Shown here piece after piece: positions 1-13,390 of a stretch of DNA of 64,000 nt (the stretch's first letter is position 1; every line of letters starts with the position of its first letter). The position numbers and the translations under genes are program-made. Source of the DNA: Octopus sinensis (lineage: Eukaryota); contig NC_043002.1 in the NCBI RefSeq assembly GCF_006345805.1, positions 11,098,001-11,162,000 of the forward strand, in the 5' to 3' direction. A model generated the notes under the pieces. That model searched no databases. It saw nothing but the letters and a program-made list of their open reading frames with translations, and had not been told where the DNA came from.

Positions 1-344
1 ATTGTTGCCAAAACAAGAAAGATAATTATATTTTTGAAAATAATGTAAAGTGATGTGTCGGAAAAGAAAAATTTTGTTAATGAAATTTGAATGAATTCCA
101 GTGATATTACTGCTAGTCACCCCTTCCGTTTCCTTTTTCACCTCCTAGCCATCATTATCATTATCAGTTATCCGTAGGGAGCATACCTAGTCGTAATATA
201 TATATAGTAATTTTTTAAGAATGCGTATTTAATCTAATTATTATGTCAATGTAAACAATATCTGAATTATTTTATATATTTATTTTGTTTATGTGTGCGC
301 GCGTTCTGTGCGTCTGTGTGTGTGTGTATGTGTATTCTTTTTTT

Positions 345-545
345 CCGTTTATTTGATTCAGTCATTTGGCTTCGGCCATGCTGGAGCACCGCCTTTAGTC
401 GAATGCATCGACTCCAGGATTTGTTCTTTGCAAGCCTGGCACTTAGTCTATCGATCTCTTTTGCCGAACTGCTAATTTGCTGGGACGTAAACACACCAGC
501 ATCGGTTGTCAAGCGGTGGTTGAGGGACAAACACGGACACACAAA
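345..545 (-). mobile_element. SINE-A (tRNA-derived octopus-type SINE), 3' half
   Basis: Reverse complement of the SINE-A tail (cagtcatttg..cggccatgctggagcaccgcctttagtcga..ggacgtaaacacaccagcatcggttgtcaagc), which recurs many times in the window. Confidence 0.85.
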
Positions 546-609
546 TACATATGTGTGTGTGTGCGTGTGTGCGTGTGTGTGTGTATGTGTGTGTGTGTGT
601 GCTTGTTTA

Positions 610-643
<34 letters not shown>

Positions 644-688
644 AGCCTTGTGAGTGGATCTGGGAGACGGAAACTAAAATAAGTCCGT

Positions 689-746
<58 letters not shown>

Positions 747-757
747 TGTATGTATGT

Positions 758-1006
758 ACGTTAATCATATCTGTCAGGCATGTGGAAGAGAGTGTAATTC
801 GGCAAGAGGACATAAACGACATGCAAAGGTACATGAAGCCCAGTTACAACTACAGCCGGCTATTACCGGTAAAGGTTTCAGTTGCCAATTCTGTACAAGA
901 CATTGTAGATCTTTAGCTGGGCTAAAAAGTCACATTCGATCACAGTACCAATAACAGTTACGCTTCGTGCAATGGCCATACTCGATAACGAGGGGGCAGC
1001 CATCAT
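758..1006 (+). mobile_element. 3' end of an RTE-clade (RTE-X-like) LINE with two C-terminal C2H2-like zinc fingers
   Basis: Translates HICQACGRECNSARGHKRHAKVH...FSCQFCTRHCRSLAGLKSHIRS. The 3' tail ggccatactcgataacgagggggcagccatc is shared with 19579-19623. (TATG)n lies on both sides. Confidence 0.7.
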
Positions 1007-1024
1007 GTATGTATGTATATGTTT

Positions 1025-1212
1025 GTGTGTCTGTGTCTGTCCCCCACCATCACTTGATAACCGATGCTGGTGCGTTTACGTCCCCGTAAATTAGCGGTTC
1101 GGCAAAAGATACCGATAGAATAAGTACTAGGCTTACAAAGAATAAGTCCTGGGATGGATTTGTTCGACTAAAGGTGATGCAGTTAAATGACTGAAACAAG
1201 TAAAAGAATAAA
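1025..1212 (+). mobile_element. SINE-A, 3' half
   Basis: accgatgctggtgcgtttacgtccccg..agcggttcggcaaaa..gactgaaacaagtaaaaga tail. Confidence 0.85.
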
Positions 1213-1213
1213 A

Positions 1214-1249
<36 letters not shown>

Positions 1250-1443
1250 TAATAATACGGGTTCGGCAAAAGAATTGCGTTGCCGCATACCGAAGTTCAG
1301 ATATAGCAGCCAAAATCTTAGCCATTTCTTCTACTTTAAAAAGGCTCTTCCAGAGAACTCAAAATACTAGAAGTTTAAACACAGGCAGAGGGTAAAGCAA
1401 ACGAAAATCAATCGATATCTGATCAATTAATTAATTTTACCCT

Positions 1444-1668
1444 TTGTTATCATATATATATATATATATATATATAATGCATATATATTTACATATATAC
1501 ATATATATACACATATTTCATATACACATTTATATATACATATATATATATGTATATATATATATGTGTGTGTATATATATATATATACATACATACATA
1601 CATGCATACATACATACATATATACATATATATATATACACATATTTCATATACACATTTATATATAC

Positions 1669-1700
<32 letters not shown>

Positions 1701-1800
1701 ATATATATATATATACATACATACATGCATACATACATACATACATACATACATACATGCATGCATGCATACATACATACATACATACATATATGTATAC
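1444..1800. repeat. Compound (AT)n/(ATAC)n microsatellite
   Basis: Direct inspection. Confidence 0.95.
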
Positions 1801-2021
1801 ATATAAATACCGTGTACATTTAAACGCATAAGAAGTATCCTTCATAGGATTCCTTTCACGCTAGAAGGAACAGCTAAAGTCCAAACCACTATTAGGGATA
1901 AATACACTATATTTATATGAATAATATATAGTCTATTTACTAATTTTTCTACACGCTAGGCCACAGGTAGTAAAAATTTCTAAAATCTTTATTACCCTGA
2001 TATTATTAATTATATATATAC

Positions 2022-2069
<48 letters not shown>

Positions 2070-2189
2070 TGTGTGTGCGTGTGTGTGAGTGTGCGTGTGT
2101 GTGTGTGTGTGTGTAAATGTATAAATTCATATATGCATATAGTTATGCATACACATAGTAAATTGTGATATGGCTATTGTTTACAACCG

Positions 2190-2345
2190 AGCATGTGCAA
2201 CACGTGGAAAGGTGTGCCTCTCAGTTGGAGGATTGAAAAAGTATGTCAAAAGAGTACATACTGTGGTACCTGTTCCTTCTGCCAGCCAGCACGGCTGTGT
2301 ATTATGTAATAGAACGTGCAAAACTTAAGAGTTACATAAGGGCCT
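2190..2345 (+). mobile_element. Old degenerate RTE-type zinc-finger fragment
   Basis: Translates ..ATRGKVCLSVGGLKKYVKRVH..HGCVLCNRTCKT*, a double finger layout like 758-950. Confidence 0.4.
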
Positions 2346-2501
2346 CACTATGCATCAACAATGTCTCATTTCAATGAATCTTTCTAGCAATGCCTTTGCT
2401 CGTATACGAGAAACTAGCTAAGAGATATACAGTGTCTCACAGAAGTATGTACACTCCTAAAAGTTACAGTAAAGTTGTTATTACACTGGTAATATCGAAT
2501 A

Positions 2502-2638
2502 AAATCCCGCCGAGGTCGACTTCACCTGTCATCCTTTCGAGGTCGATAAATTAAGTACCAGTTGCATACTGGGGTCGATCTAATCGACTGGCCACTTCCC
2601 CATAAGTTTAGGGCCTTGTGTCTAGAATAGAAAAGAAT
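2502..2638 (+). mobile_element. SINE-B partial (core plus terminal tail)
   Basis: gccgaggtcgacttc..tcatcctttcgaggtcgataaattaagtaccagtt core, then ggccttgtgtctagaatagaaaagaat tail. Confidence 0.8.
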
Positions 2639-2834
2639 ATCGAAGGAAATCAAGTGAAGATTATTAAGCTAATCAAGTTCTTTATTTCAAACCAAACTAA
2701 GTAACAACAACGTCAAATTTGGGCGAAATCCGTTGAAATTGGTTTATATATATATATATATACATGGGCAGCACACACACACACACACGTATGTACACCT
2801 ATTGCATACATGCATTTGTACGCATACATGTTCG

Positions 2835-2865
<31 letters not shown>

Positions 2866-3639
2866 TGTGTGTTGTCCGTATATCAACAAAACACTTTTTT
2901 TCCCCGATGGAAAAAAGCAACAAAAGTCTTAACAAAAACTTACTCGTCGCTAGAAGGGGACTTAACTCCTGTTTGCAAACAATGGTGATTTCTCCGACTT
3001 GAAAATCATTAAAAGTTTTGGTTGAAAATTTATTTTTACTGCTATTCGCTGGTGCCTCTGGGGGAAATAAGTTGACGAAAATACAGCTAGGATCTTAACG
3101 AATGTCCTCCTAAAATTGGAGCAACATGCTTGCTAATTTGTGTACGTGCATAAATTACATTCACGTACACACACACACATCTTGCCTTTTATATATACAG
3201 ACAAAATACATTATACATGCAAACATTATACAAATTTGAAACACAAAGAACATTTTCAAGGAAATATTAATTTTCAAACGTTACAAAAATATTTATCTAT
3301 AGAAAAGCGATCGGTAATTTTCGACAGAGTCCAATATTAGATGCTATAAGCTGGAGCCATGTGAACCCGTGGACTCATGTCTGACAGGTTGGTCATGCCC
3401 TGAAGTAGTGACTGGGTTTACAACCCACTACCCACACCGTTTAGTATTCATTGCTGTAAACTTCTCTATTCCTGTAATAACAGTTGAGCTTTACTTCACT
3501 AATGAGGCCGAATAAAACAGAAATATGCGTAAGAGTTGTCTTCGAATTGCCAAATATCAGTTATTCGGGACTGTATTATATTTGGGGGTAATTTTTAAAA
3601 AAAAAACACGATGGTTGTGTACCTTGCCTTTCTTGATTG

Positions 3640-3675
3640 TAGTAGTAGTAGTTGTTGTTGTTGTTGTTGTTGTGG

Positions 3676-3707
<32 letters not shown>

Positions 3708-3823
3708 AGTAGTAGTAGTCGTTGTAGTGGTGGTGGTGGTGGTGGTGGTGGTAGTAGTAGTAGTGGTGGTGGTGGTGGTGGTGGTGGTGGTAGTAGTTGT
3801 GGTGGTGGTGGTAGTAGTAGTAG
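3640..3823. repeat. Compound (GTT)/(GGT)/(AGT) trinucleotide repeat
   Basis: Direct inspection. Confidence 0.95.
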
Positions 3824-4783
3824 TACGAGGGCATGCGCTGTAACAGTGCATCGTTGCATTCACCATTTGTTGGTTGATCTACTGTTCCTGGCAGATGATA
3901 CCTCTAATCCCTTCAGGCGACAGCCCTCCATCCAACCCATAACGTTTGCTTGGGTAGTCGTCACTGGTGGGTCTATTCTTTAACATAGCGGCCCTCACAC
4001 AACACGAGTTTGTAATTAAGATAATTCCAATTTTGGAACAAGGACAGCAATTTAGAAAAGGAGAGGGGAAGTAAACCGATTACATCGGCCCCAGTACTTG
4101 ACTTATCGATCTCGAAAAGATAAAAAGGTAAGATTGACCTTGGCGGAATTTGCACCCAGAACGTAAAGAAACGGAACGAAGGCCAGTAAACGTTTTGTCC
4201 GAGATATTAAATTTGCCAATTCACCGTCTTCAGTAATTAAGATAATAATTAAGATACCGATTGGTCCTTCTACTGTATCAGTAATTTTTAATTAATTAAA
4301 ATGTTTAGATTCACTACATCATGCACGTTAGTTAGCGCCCACGCTACCACTTTATTCCTTTTCTTATATCATAATCTTCTTTTACCATATTTTACTATTC
4401 TTCATAGAAGCAAATAAAAATTCTAGACTGTGTTGCAGAATTCGCATTTCTCAACAATCTTATTGATCTTATCTTCGCTTAATCTTGTATTTAGGTGCAG
4501 ATGAGTTGAAATTTATAAGAATCCGTACGAGTTAATCTTACAGTAATATTACTTAAGATTATGCATCAGCGGATTAGTGTTGGAAGATTCTGGCATTTTT
4601 TCAGCGTGCTTAATATAAGGAAAAGTGCACGCTGAAATTACGCGTAGAGCATTAAAACAATGTTTGTTAAATGCAATGTATGTCAATATAGATAATTGTA
4701 ATAATGTGATTTATCAAAGGGTCGACTTCAGTGCAAATCTATATTAAATTAACATAATTTATGTTAGATAGTCAACAGTACCT

Positions 4784-4839
<56 letters not shown>

Positions 4840-4841
<2 letters not shown>

Positions 4842-5231
4842 TACTCTTTTACTTGTTTCAGTCAGTTGACTGCGGCCATACTGGAGCACCGCCTTTAGTC
4901 GAGCAACTCGACCCCTGACTTATTCTTTGTAAGCCCAGTACTTATTCTATCGGTCTCTTTTGCCGAACCGCTAAGTGACGGGGACATAAACACACCAGCA
5001 TCGGTTGTCAAGCAATGCTAGGGGGATAAACACAGACACACAAACATACACGCACATATACATATATACGACAGGCTTCTTTCAGTTTCCGTCTACCAAA
5101 TCCACTCACAAGGCTTTGGTCGGCCCGAGGCTATAGTAGAAGACACTTGCCCAAGGTACCACGCAGTGGGACTAAACCCAGAACCATGTGGTTGGTAAGC
5201 AAGCTACTGACCACACAGCCACTCCTGCGCC
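4840..5231 (-). mobile_element. SINE-A, full length
   Basis: Head (rc ggcgcaggagtggctgtgtggt..ggttctgggtttagtccc, A/B-box-like), core and tail all present. Confidence 0.9.
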
Positions 5232-6698
5232 TATCTATCTATCTATCTATCTCTCTTTCGTTCCCTCGCTGTCTAGTATTTAAAATAAAGCAGTTCTTAA
5301 CTAGTTTGTTTATTCTGATCTTGATGTTGAGTTCAGCCTGCGCACAGTTTTACTCAAAAGTGTCCAACCATGACCGTCCTGTTTTCTCACGCTCATTGTG
5401 TATCTAGGGCTACCTTAAACAATGTATTGCTCTGCTTCTGAGACGGCAAGGTGGAATTTTTAAAGTCATTTACTTCCTATTTCTAACAAGTCGAGCAGCT
5501 CTACGGGCAATTTCGTTGGTTCGAAACAAATGCATGTGTATATAAATGTGCATGTAAATGTATATATGTGTGTATATATGTATGTATGTACATCGCTTTA
5601 TGTCGGATGGATGAGAAGTGCTCAATATATCTTGCGCAGGGTGCCTTTCTTTTTATTAAAACTAAAGCTGAAAGTGTTAGTTTCACAACCCGTTTCCCGA
5701 AACTGCAATCGTCAGGCGAAAATGATAAGACTCGGTATTGGGGTGGTGTATATATACCCGTTGAAGTAAGTGGGTAGCCAGGTTCTTTGTGCCAAAAGAA
5801 CAAACACAAGCAATGCTAATACCGAGTCGTATCAGATTTGCCCGAATCTCGCATCATCAGTTTTAATTAAACATGATACATATATGTACATATGTGCAAC
5901 AATATATATACATATACATATGTGAGGGATGACCACTATGTTGACAACCCTTATGCTAGAAGTAGATCCGCTATGGTATTACCACTAAGAAATGTTCTCA
6001 AGAAAAATTTAGGAAACACCAGAACGTAATCGACCAAGGCAAAAGAAAAGCAACAAAAATATGGAATTATTCACATACATGTTTCGCTATTAACATATTA
6101 CGTAATTTTACTTACGCAATTTGTCCGTAGATTTTCGGTGTGACCGTCCAAACAAATATAATTTGCAGAACTATATACTAGGACGTCCGCACAAAGTCGG
6201 ATCTGTATATAGTTCTACCTATTACAGTCGTGGTTACTATTCAAATGTCTTCGTTTTGGCGCGCTAAATTACCGGAAAAAATAATAATGCAGAAAATAAT
6301 TTACTGCGGTGGCTTTTGCCGGTTAGAGAACGTATTAATTTAAATTCAAATTTAAAATGAGGGTGAGAAAATTTGATATTAATTTAATTAACATCAATTT
6401 CACACCATTGGTCTAGCATATAAAAATCTGAAGGTTCAGTAAAATTGTATTATATACATATGAGAGGGACGACCACTATGTGGACAACCCTTATGCTAGA
6501 AGTAGATCTGCTATGGCCTTACAACTAAGAGAGCACCGCAGCGTGCATAGAAACCACAGACGCAATACTGGGTGAAGCCCGACCGCGCATGCAATAACCT
6601 AATACGCAGGCATTGCACACATTTTGCATGAGTCGTGATCAGTTATGGACTTCCTCGGTCATGAAAAGACGACCACCAGGTTAGCATGTTTGTATACT

Positions 6699-6915
6699 CT
6701 TACTTTTTACTCTTGTACTTGTTTCAGTCATTTGACTGCAGCCATGCTGGAGCGCCGCCTTTAGTCGAGCAATTCGACACCGGGACTTATTCTTTGTAAG
6801 CCTAGTACTTATTCTTATCGGTCTCTTTTGCCTAACCGCTAAGTTACGGGAACGTAAACACACCAGCATCGGTTGTCAAGCGATATTGGGGAGACAAATA
6901 CAGACACACAAACAT

Positions 6916-6959
<44 letters not shown>

Positions 6960-7121
6960 GACTGGCTTCTTTCAGTTTCCGTCAACCAAATCCACTCACA
7001 AGACTTTGGTCGGCCCGAGGCTATAGTAGAAAACACTTGCCCAAGGTGCCACGCAGTGGGACTGAACCCGGAACCATGTGGTTGATAAGCAAGCTTCTTA
7101 CTACACAGTCACTCCTGCACC
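6699..7121 (-). mobile_element. SINE-A, full length
   Basis: Same head, core and tail as 4840-5231. Confidence 0.9.
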
Positions 7122-7192
7122 TATGTATATATGTATGTATGTATTATGTATGTATGTATGTATGTATGTATGTATGTATGTATGTATGTATG

Positions 7193-7231
<39 letters not shown>

Positions 7232-7405
7232 AACAGAATAAGAGGATAGACAAACAACATTTAGGTATCTATCGCATTCCTGCTTTTAAAGTTGCATTTA
7301 AAGTAGCTGCTTCGACAGATTTTCAATCGAAGCCCTAATTGTGCCTACCCATTATCTTACGTCATCAGATATCATATTAACCGCAAGAATTAGAATATTG
7401 AGTTA

Positions 7406-8109
7406 TCTTTATATATAAAAGTGAGGTTGTGTGTCTGTCTCCTACGATTTAGATTCCTAACTACTCCCACATTTTGCAGTGCAGTTTAACCAAAACCGGG
7501 TATCTTATAGTCGTGATTATTATCGAGCCCTTCTGGGTATTAGCGCGCGTCTACGATGAGTCTACGATTAGTCTACGATTTTAAAAAAAATTTACCATCA
7601 TTTTTCCATTTTAATGCATTTTTTCCGCTATTATATAAGGGAAGTAACTCTCTAAAGTGTCTACGATGAGTCAACGATTTAAAAAATAATTTACCATCAT
7701 TTTTTCCATTTTAATGCATTTTTTCGCTATTATATAAGGGAAGTAACTCTCTAAAGTGTCTACGATGAGTCTACGATTTTAAAAAAAATTTACCATAATT
7801 TTTTCCATTTTAATGCATTTTTTCCGCTATTATATAAGGGAAGTAACTCTCTAAAGTGTCTACGATGAGTCTACGATTTTAAAAAAAATTTACCATCATT
7901 TTTTCCATTTTAATGCATTTTTTTCGCTATTATATAAGGAAAGTAACTCTCTAAAAATGTCTATGATGAGTCAACGATTTAAAAAAAATTACCATCATTT
8001 TTTTCCATTTTTAATGCATTTTTTTGCTATTTTTTGGCTATAACTCTCTAAAAATGCTTATATAGTTATTTCCCTTACAAACCCGAGCAACGCCGGGTGA
8101 TACTGCTAG
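7406..8109 (+). mobile_element. Non-autonomous Helitron with internal ~100-bp tandem repeat (x5)
   Basis: 5' A|TCTTTATATATAAAA; 3' hairpin cccgagcaacgccggg then CTAG|T; inserted between A and T; repeat units start 7549, 7659, 7758, 7858, 7959. Confidence 0.9.
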
Positions 8110-8554
8110 TAATGGATAAAGAAAGGATTTGAAAAGCATTTTAATAGTGTTCTGTTCAATTAGAATCTTAACTGAAGCTACGAAAATAACAATTATATTT
8201 AACTGGAGTAAATGTATACCTCTCCATTAAAATACATATCTTTTTATTAGAAATCAGTGTTTTTATAATTAAGTCAATCGTTGTCCGACTCGATCAAACG
8301 TTCAACAAAATGACATGCGTTATATTTAATCTCTTTACGGTCCGAGATCAAGAAGTTGGCTCAGCCTTTCATATCTCCGAGGTTGTTGTTGTGTAACACC
8401 AGATTAGCTCTGGCTGAACGGATTTAATCCTTCCGACATTGATAAAATACCAATCAAGTGTTGTGATCGATATAATCGATTAGATCTTTACCCACAAAAT
8501 TATATGGATTTACACCTATGTTATAAATCAAAACATTGTTATCGATATGAAGGC

Positions 8555-8975
8555 GGTGAGCTGGCAGAATTGTTAACAAACCGGGCGAAATACTTAGCGG
8601 CATGTCTTCATGTTCTGAGTTCAAATTCCGCCTGAGTCGACTTTGTGTTTTATCTTTTCGGGGTCGATAAAATATGTACAAGTTGAGCTCTGGGTTCGAT
8701 GTAATCGATTAGTACTCTCCATGAAATTACTGGCCTTGTGCCAAAGCTTAAACTCTTTACTCTTTTACTTGTTTCAGTCATTTGACTGTGGCCATGCTGG
8801 AGCACCACCATTAGTCAAGCACATCGACCCCAGGACTTATTCTTCGTAAGCCTAGTACTTATTCTATCGGTCTCTTTTGCCGAACCGCTAAGTTACGGTG
8901 ACGTAAACACACCAGCATCGGTTGTCAAGCGACGTTGGGGGGACAAACACAGACACACAAACATATACACACATA
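8555..8975. mobile_element. Degenerate SINE-B (+, ~8555-8740) followed by SINE-A 3' half (-, ~8757-8975)
   Basis: gagctggcagaattgttaac..ctgagttcaaattccgcc head and core, then rc SINE-A tail. Confidence 0.8.
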
Positions 8976-9369
8976 CATTTATATATATATAAATTTTCCA
9001 TTGCGTTACTTTCATATGTCTTGGCCTAATGTTGTCTAAGAGCCGTACGAGCTTTATGTTATTTGTATACTTATAATTGTGCCAAATACCTGTGCCGTGT
9101 TAGTTTTTTATCACCGTCCTCCACGTTCGTTCATTATTCCCAGCAATTCTTCTCTGCTGGCGCCACCAAAATGAACAGGGTATTATCGTTAAAGGCGTAA
9201 AATTGTGATGATTTTTGTATGATAATTGACGAGGAAAGAGAATATCCATGCCTTGTGTCTAAACTTTCTGTTTATTCCTTTGTCGTTCTTCTGCTCAAAT
9301 TTTTAATGAGTGTGTGTGTGTGTGTGTACACAGGCATACATACATACATACATACAATACAGGCATAGA

Positions 9370-9408
<39 letters not shown>

Positions 9409-9488
9409 CAGACAGACAGGCAAGCAGGCAGACACACAGATAGACAGACAGACACACAGACAGACAGACGGATGGATGAATGGATTGG

Positions 9489-9526
<38 letters not shown>

Positions 9527-9691
9527 TGTTTCTTTATTAGCCACACAGGGCTGCACACAGACAGGACAAAATTACAAGGTAGAGCTTTTCTTTTGGGGGT
9601 AAAAGAAGGGGGTTTGGTTTTCGATCAAAAGGGATCGTAAATGGAAAGAAAGAGGACAATATAATTTTAAAAAAAGGTGGGGGGAAGGAAA

Positions 9692-9793
<102 letters not shown>

Positions 9794-10069
9794 TTTAACA
9801 ACCGGATTTATATAACATAAGACCTCAAAAATTATTTTCAAATTTATACAATTAAGAAATAAATTGTTTTCTCCTTCCCGTGGTTATATCTAAAATTGCC
9901 TAACAGCTTTTCCGTGATTTTAAATAACGAATTTTAACAATTATCCTATTACAATGTACTTTGTATATATGGCCGAAAAAGGGTAACGAACGAGAAAGTG
10001 TGTGAATACATATGCGTGAATGTGCGTGTGCGTGTGTAAGCGAGAGCAACAATTAGTGTAACACAGAAA

Positions 10070-10275
10070 GTGGAGCTGGCAGAAACGTTAGCACGCCGGG
10101 CGAAATGCGTAGCGGTATTTCGTCTGCCGCTACGTTCTGAGTTCAAATTCCGCCGAGGTCGACTTTGCCTTTCATCCTTTCGGGGTCGATTAAATAAGTA
10201 CCAGTTACGGACTGGGGTCGATATAATCGACTTAATCCGTTTGTTTCCGTGTTTGTTCTCTCTGTGTTTCACGAA
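10070..10275 (+). mobile_element. SINE-B, interrupted by a Helitron
   Basis: gagctggcagaaacgttagcacgccgggcgaaatg head, gttctgagttcaaattcc B-box-like motif and core. Confidence 0.9.
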
Positions 10276-10645
10276 TCTCTCTATATATAAACGGCAGTTT
10301 GTCTGTGTGTGTTTCTGTGTGTCTGTTAGGTTGTACCCTCACCCTGACCACGGCTTTCAACCGATTCTGATGAAACTTGACACACACATAGCCCAATGAC
10401 ATAATTCAAAACTAACGCAGCGAAAATTTTGAAAAGTTCCCCCAGTTCTGAAAATAATCGATAAATTCAACATGGGGTCGAGAATCAGAAACACAAACCA
10501 CAGACTGTCTAGGGGACGCAACTCGACCTTTTTAACTAAAAAAAATTTACCATAATTTTTTTTCCATTTTTTGGCTATAACTCTCTAAAAATGCTTTATA
10601 GTTATTTCCCTTACAAACCCGAGCAACGCCGGGCGATACTGCTAG
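10276..10645 (+). mobile_element. Non-autonomous Helitron (second subfamily)
   Basis: A|TCTCTCTATATATAAA start; cccgagcaacgccggg hairpin then CTAG|T; last ~100 bp shared with 7406-8109 but 5' part different. Confidence 0.9.
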
Positions 10646-11569
10646 TTTTAAATAATACCTATTTCTTTACTACCCACAAGGGGTAGTAAAGAAATAGGTA
10701 TTTTCTTCTTTTTGGAAGGCTGTTTCCCACCATCAGTTCTTCTAGTGACGGAAGCTTAATTTCAAGCTTGGTAATAAAAGTGATTTTGATTTAAAGAAAT
10801 TTTTCTGATGAAAAAAAAACCACCAGTAATTACTGTGATCAGTAAATCGCCTAAAAATATTATCATTCACACAGCCAAGTGATTCAAAAGGTTAGTGATC
10901 GATCGAAGATCTGTTCCATCATCTGTCATCTGTCCTGATCTGTCCTGCTGTTTCCATTAAATATCAATATAATACATATCGTAAATTATTGCAAATCCAG
11001 CACCAGAAATATTTTGATTAAATCCATTTTTTTGTTTTTTTTTCCTAGAATGGTTTTGCTTTTCTGGCGTAGGCATGGTCAAATGGTAAGGCGTTTGCTT
11101 CTCAACCATTATAGTTTCGGATTCAGTTCTGCTGCGTAATACCTCAAGCAAGTGTCTTCTGTTATGAACTCGAGTCAGCCAAAACCTTCTGGTTGGATTT
11201 GGTAGTTAGAAACTGAAAGAAACTCGTCGTACACTTTTACTCGTTTCAACCATGCAGTTGAATATATATAAAGTATGAGGAAAAGAAAAATATGTGTAGA
11301 CGATCTTTTAATACAAAGTTGGTACATATCCGATAAAGATTCTACAAGCAGTTTCCAAGCTTAATTAATTCCAAAACAAAACGAAAAAATAATCCTTTTG
11401 TAATCAAAATTAGGCTTTTCTTCGTGAATTCTTTATTGGAATGAATAGGTTCGACCAACAAAAATATAAAGATCCTTAATAGCCCAGAAACAACTAAATT
11501 ATGAAAGAAGGAAATTACCCGAACGCCAAACCAATCGAAACCAGGTTTTAAAAAAAAAACAGAAATGTG

Positions 11570-11652
<83 letters not shown>

Positions 11653-11968
11653 TGTGTGTGTGTGTGTGTGTGTGTGTATATTCTTTTTTTTTCTGTTTGT
11701 TTGATTTTCTGCTCATTCTGGAATACTAAGAAGGATACCACGTTACTCCTATGGAGAACTTTTGTTCTTTAGTCGACTGGATTACTGCTCCCAGCTATGG
11801 TCCCCAAAGAGCGCTAAACAGGTGGCGGGACTGGAGGCAATCCAGCACCACTACACAAAAAAGATTGACTCGGTGAAACAGATGAGCGACTGGGAAAGGC
11901 TAAAAGAAGTGGAGTTCCACTTCCTTGAGGGAAGGAGTGAAAGATATGCGATGAAATACATATGGAAG

Positions 11969-12138
11969 GCGCAGGAGTGGCTGTGTGGTAAGTAGCTTGC
12001 TAACCAACCACATGGTTCCGGGTTCAGTCCTACTGCGTGGCACCTTGGGAAAGTGTCTTCTACTATAGCCCCGGGCCGACCAATGCCTTGTGAGTGGATT
12101 TGGTAGACGGAAACTGAAAGAAGCCTGTCGTATATATG

Positions 12139-12171
<33 letters not shown>

Positions 12172-12396
12172 TTGTGTGTCTGTGTTTGTACCCCTAGCAT
12201 TGCTTGACTACCGATGCTGGTGTGTTTACGTCCCCGTCACTTAGCGGTTCGGCAAAAAGAGACCGATAGAATAAGTACTGGGCTTACAAAAAGAATAAGT
12301 CCCGGGGTCGATTTGCTCGACTAAAGGCGCTGCTCCAGCATGGCCGCAGTCAAATGACTGAAACAAGTAAAATAAAATAAAATAAAATAAATAAAA
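11969..12396 (+). mobile_element. SINE-A, full length with TSD
   Basis: ATGGAAG duplicated at 11962-11968 and 12397-12403; A-rich (aaaat)n tail. Confidence 0.95.
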
Positions 12397-12606
12397 ATGG
12401 AAGATTCTGGAAGGTCTAGCTCCCAACTTTGGAATTGATAGCTGTACCAACAACTGAACTGGATGGCATTGCATACTACCAAAGATCCCGTCTTCTCCAT
12501 GTCGAATAAGGACCCAGTACTGCAACAGCTTGTGTTTTAAGGGCCCACATCTATTCAACATTCTGCCAAACAGCTTCAGAGATTTCCGAGGTGTAGATGT
12601 GGGGGA

Positions 12607-13390
12607 TCTTTACTTTTTGACCTACAGATTAAAAACAATAATTTTTTGGTAACTAAACACTTTCAAACTTCGGACACTGGTAGAACGTGTCATATATAAA
12701 ACTTATATTTACGAAGTTATTTCACGTTAAAGTTGTCCTATTTCGGTAATTTCAACCAATCAATGACGTGTATTCAGCTGAATAAAATTACTGCTGTTGT
12801 TTGTCAACAACAACTATCGGCGGTGTATATTTCGTTTGCCACTATTATTTATGACATCGTTCGTGCGTTTGTACTGGTTTTAGCTTTAAGGGGTTAGGGT
12901 TAGGGTTTTAGGGTTAGGGTTAAGGTTTTAGGGTTACGGTTAAGGTTTTAGGGTTAGGGTTGTCATAGATAACAGTGACAAACGAAATATACACCGCCGG
13001 AAGTTCTTGTTGACAAACAACAGCAGCAATGTTATTCGGCTGAATACACGTCATTGATTGGTAGGGTTAGGGTTAAGGTTTTAGGGTTACGGTTAAGGTT
13101 TTAGGGTTAGGGTTGTCATAGATAACAGTGACAAACGAAATATACACCGCCGGAAGTTCTTGTTGACAAACAACAGCAGCAATGTTATTCGGCTGAATAC
13201 ACGTCATTGATTGGTTGAAATTACCGAAATAGGACAACTTTAACGTGAAATAATTTCGTAAATATAAGTTCTTCTCAAAAACGCTAAGAGTCAAAGATGC
13301 TTTATATGATACATTCTACCAGTGTCCGAAGTTTGAAAGTGTTTAGCTACAAAACATTATTTTTTAAATCTGTAGGTCAAAAAGTAAAGA
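12607..13390. mobile_element. Non-autonomous long-TIR DNA element with internal TTAGGG-like repeats
   Basis: Ends tctttactttttgacctacaga / tctgtaggtcaaaaagtaaaga; ~250-bp imperfect inverted arms; TTAGGG/TTAAGG tracts at ~12890-12960 and ~13062-13113. Confidence 0.85.

Noticed and set aside
758-954. Host C2H2 zinc-finger gene of the octopus ZNF expansion
   Set aside because: No TGEKP linkers, followed directly by a LINE-type tail shared with 19579-19623, and flanked by microsatellite.
5683-5715. Hammerhead-like CTGACGA..GAAAC on the minus strand
   Set aside because: Stem II and stems I/III do not pair convincingly; single copy.
11969-12050. tRNA genes
   Set aside because: All A/B-box heads continue into SINE cores and lack a full cloverleaf or terminator.
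12890-13113. True telomere or chromosome fusion site
   Set aside because: Short, degenerate, one orientation only and enclosed by the TIRs of a mobile element.
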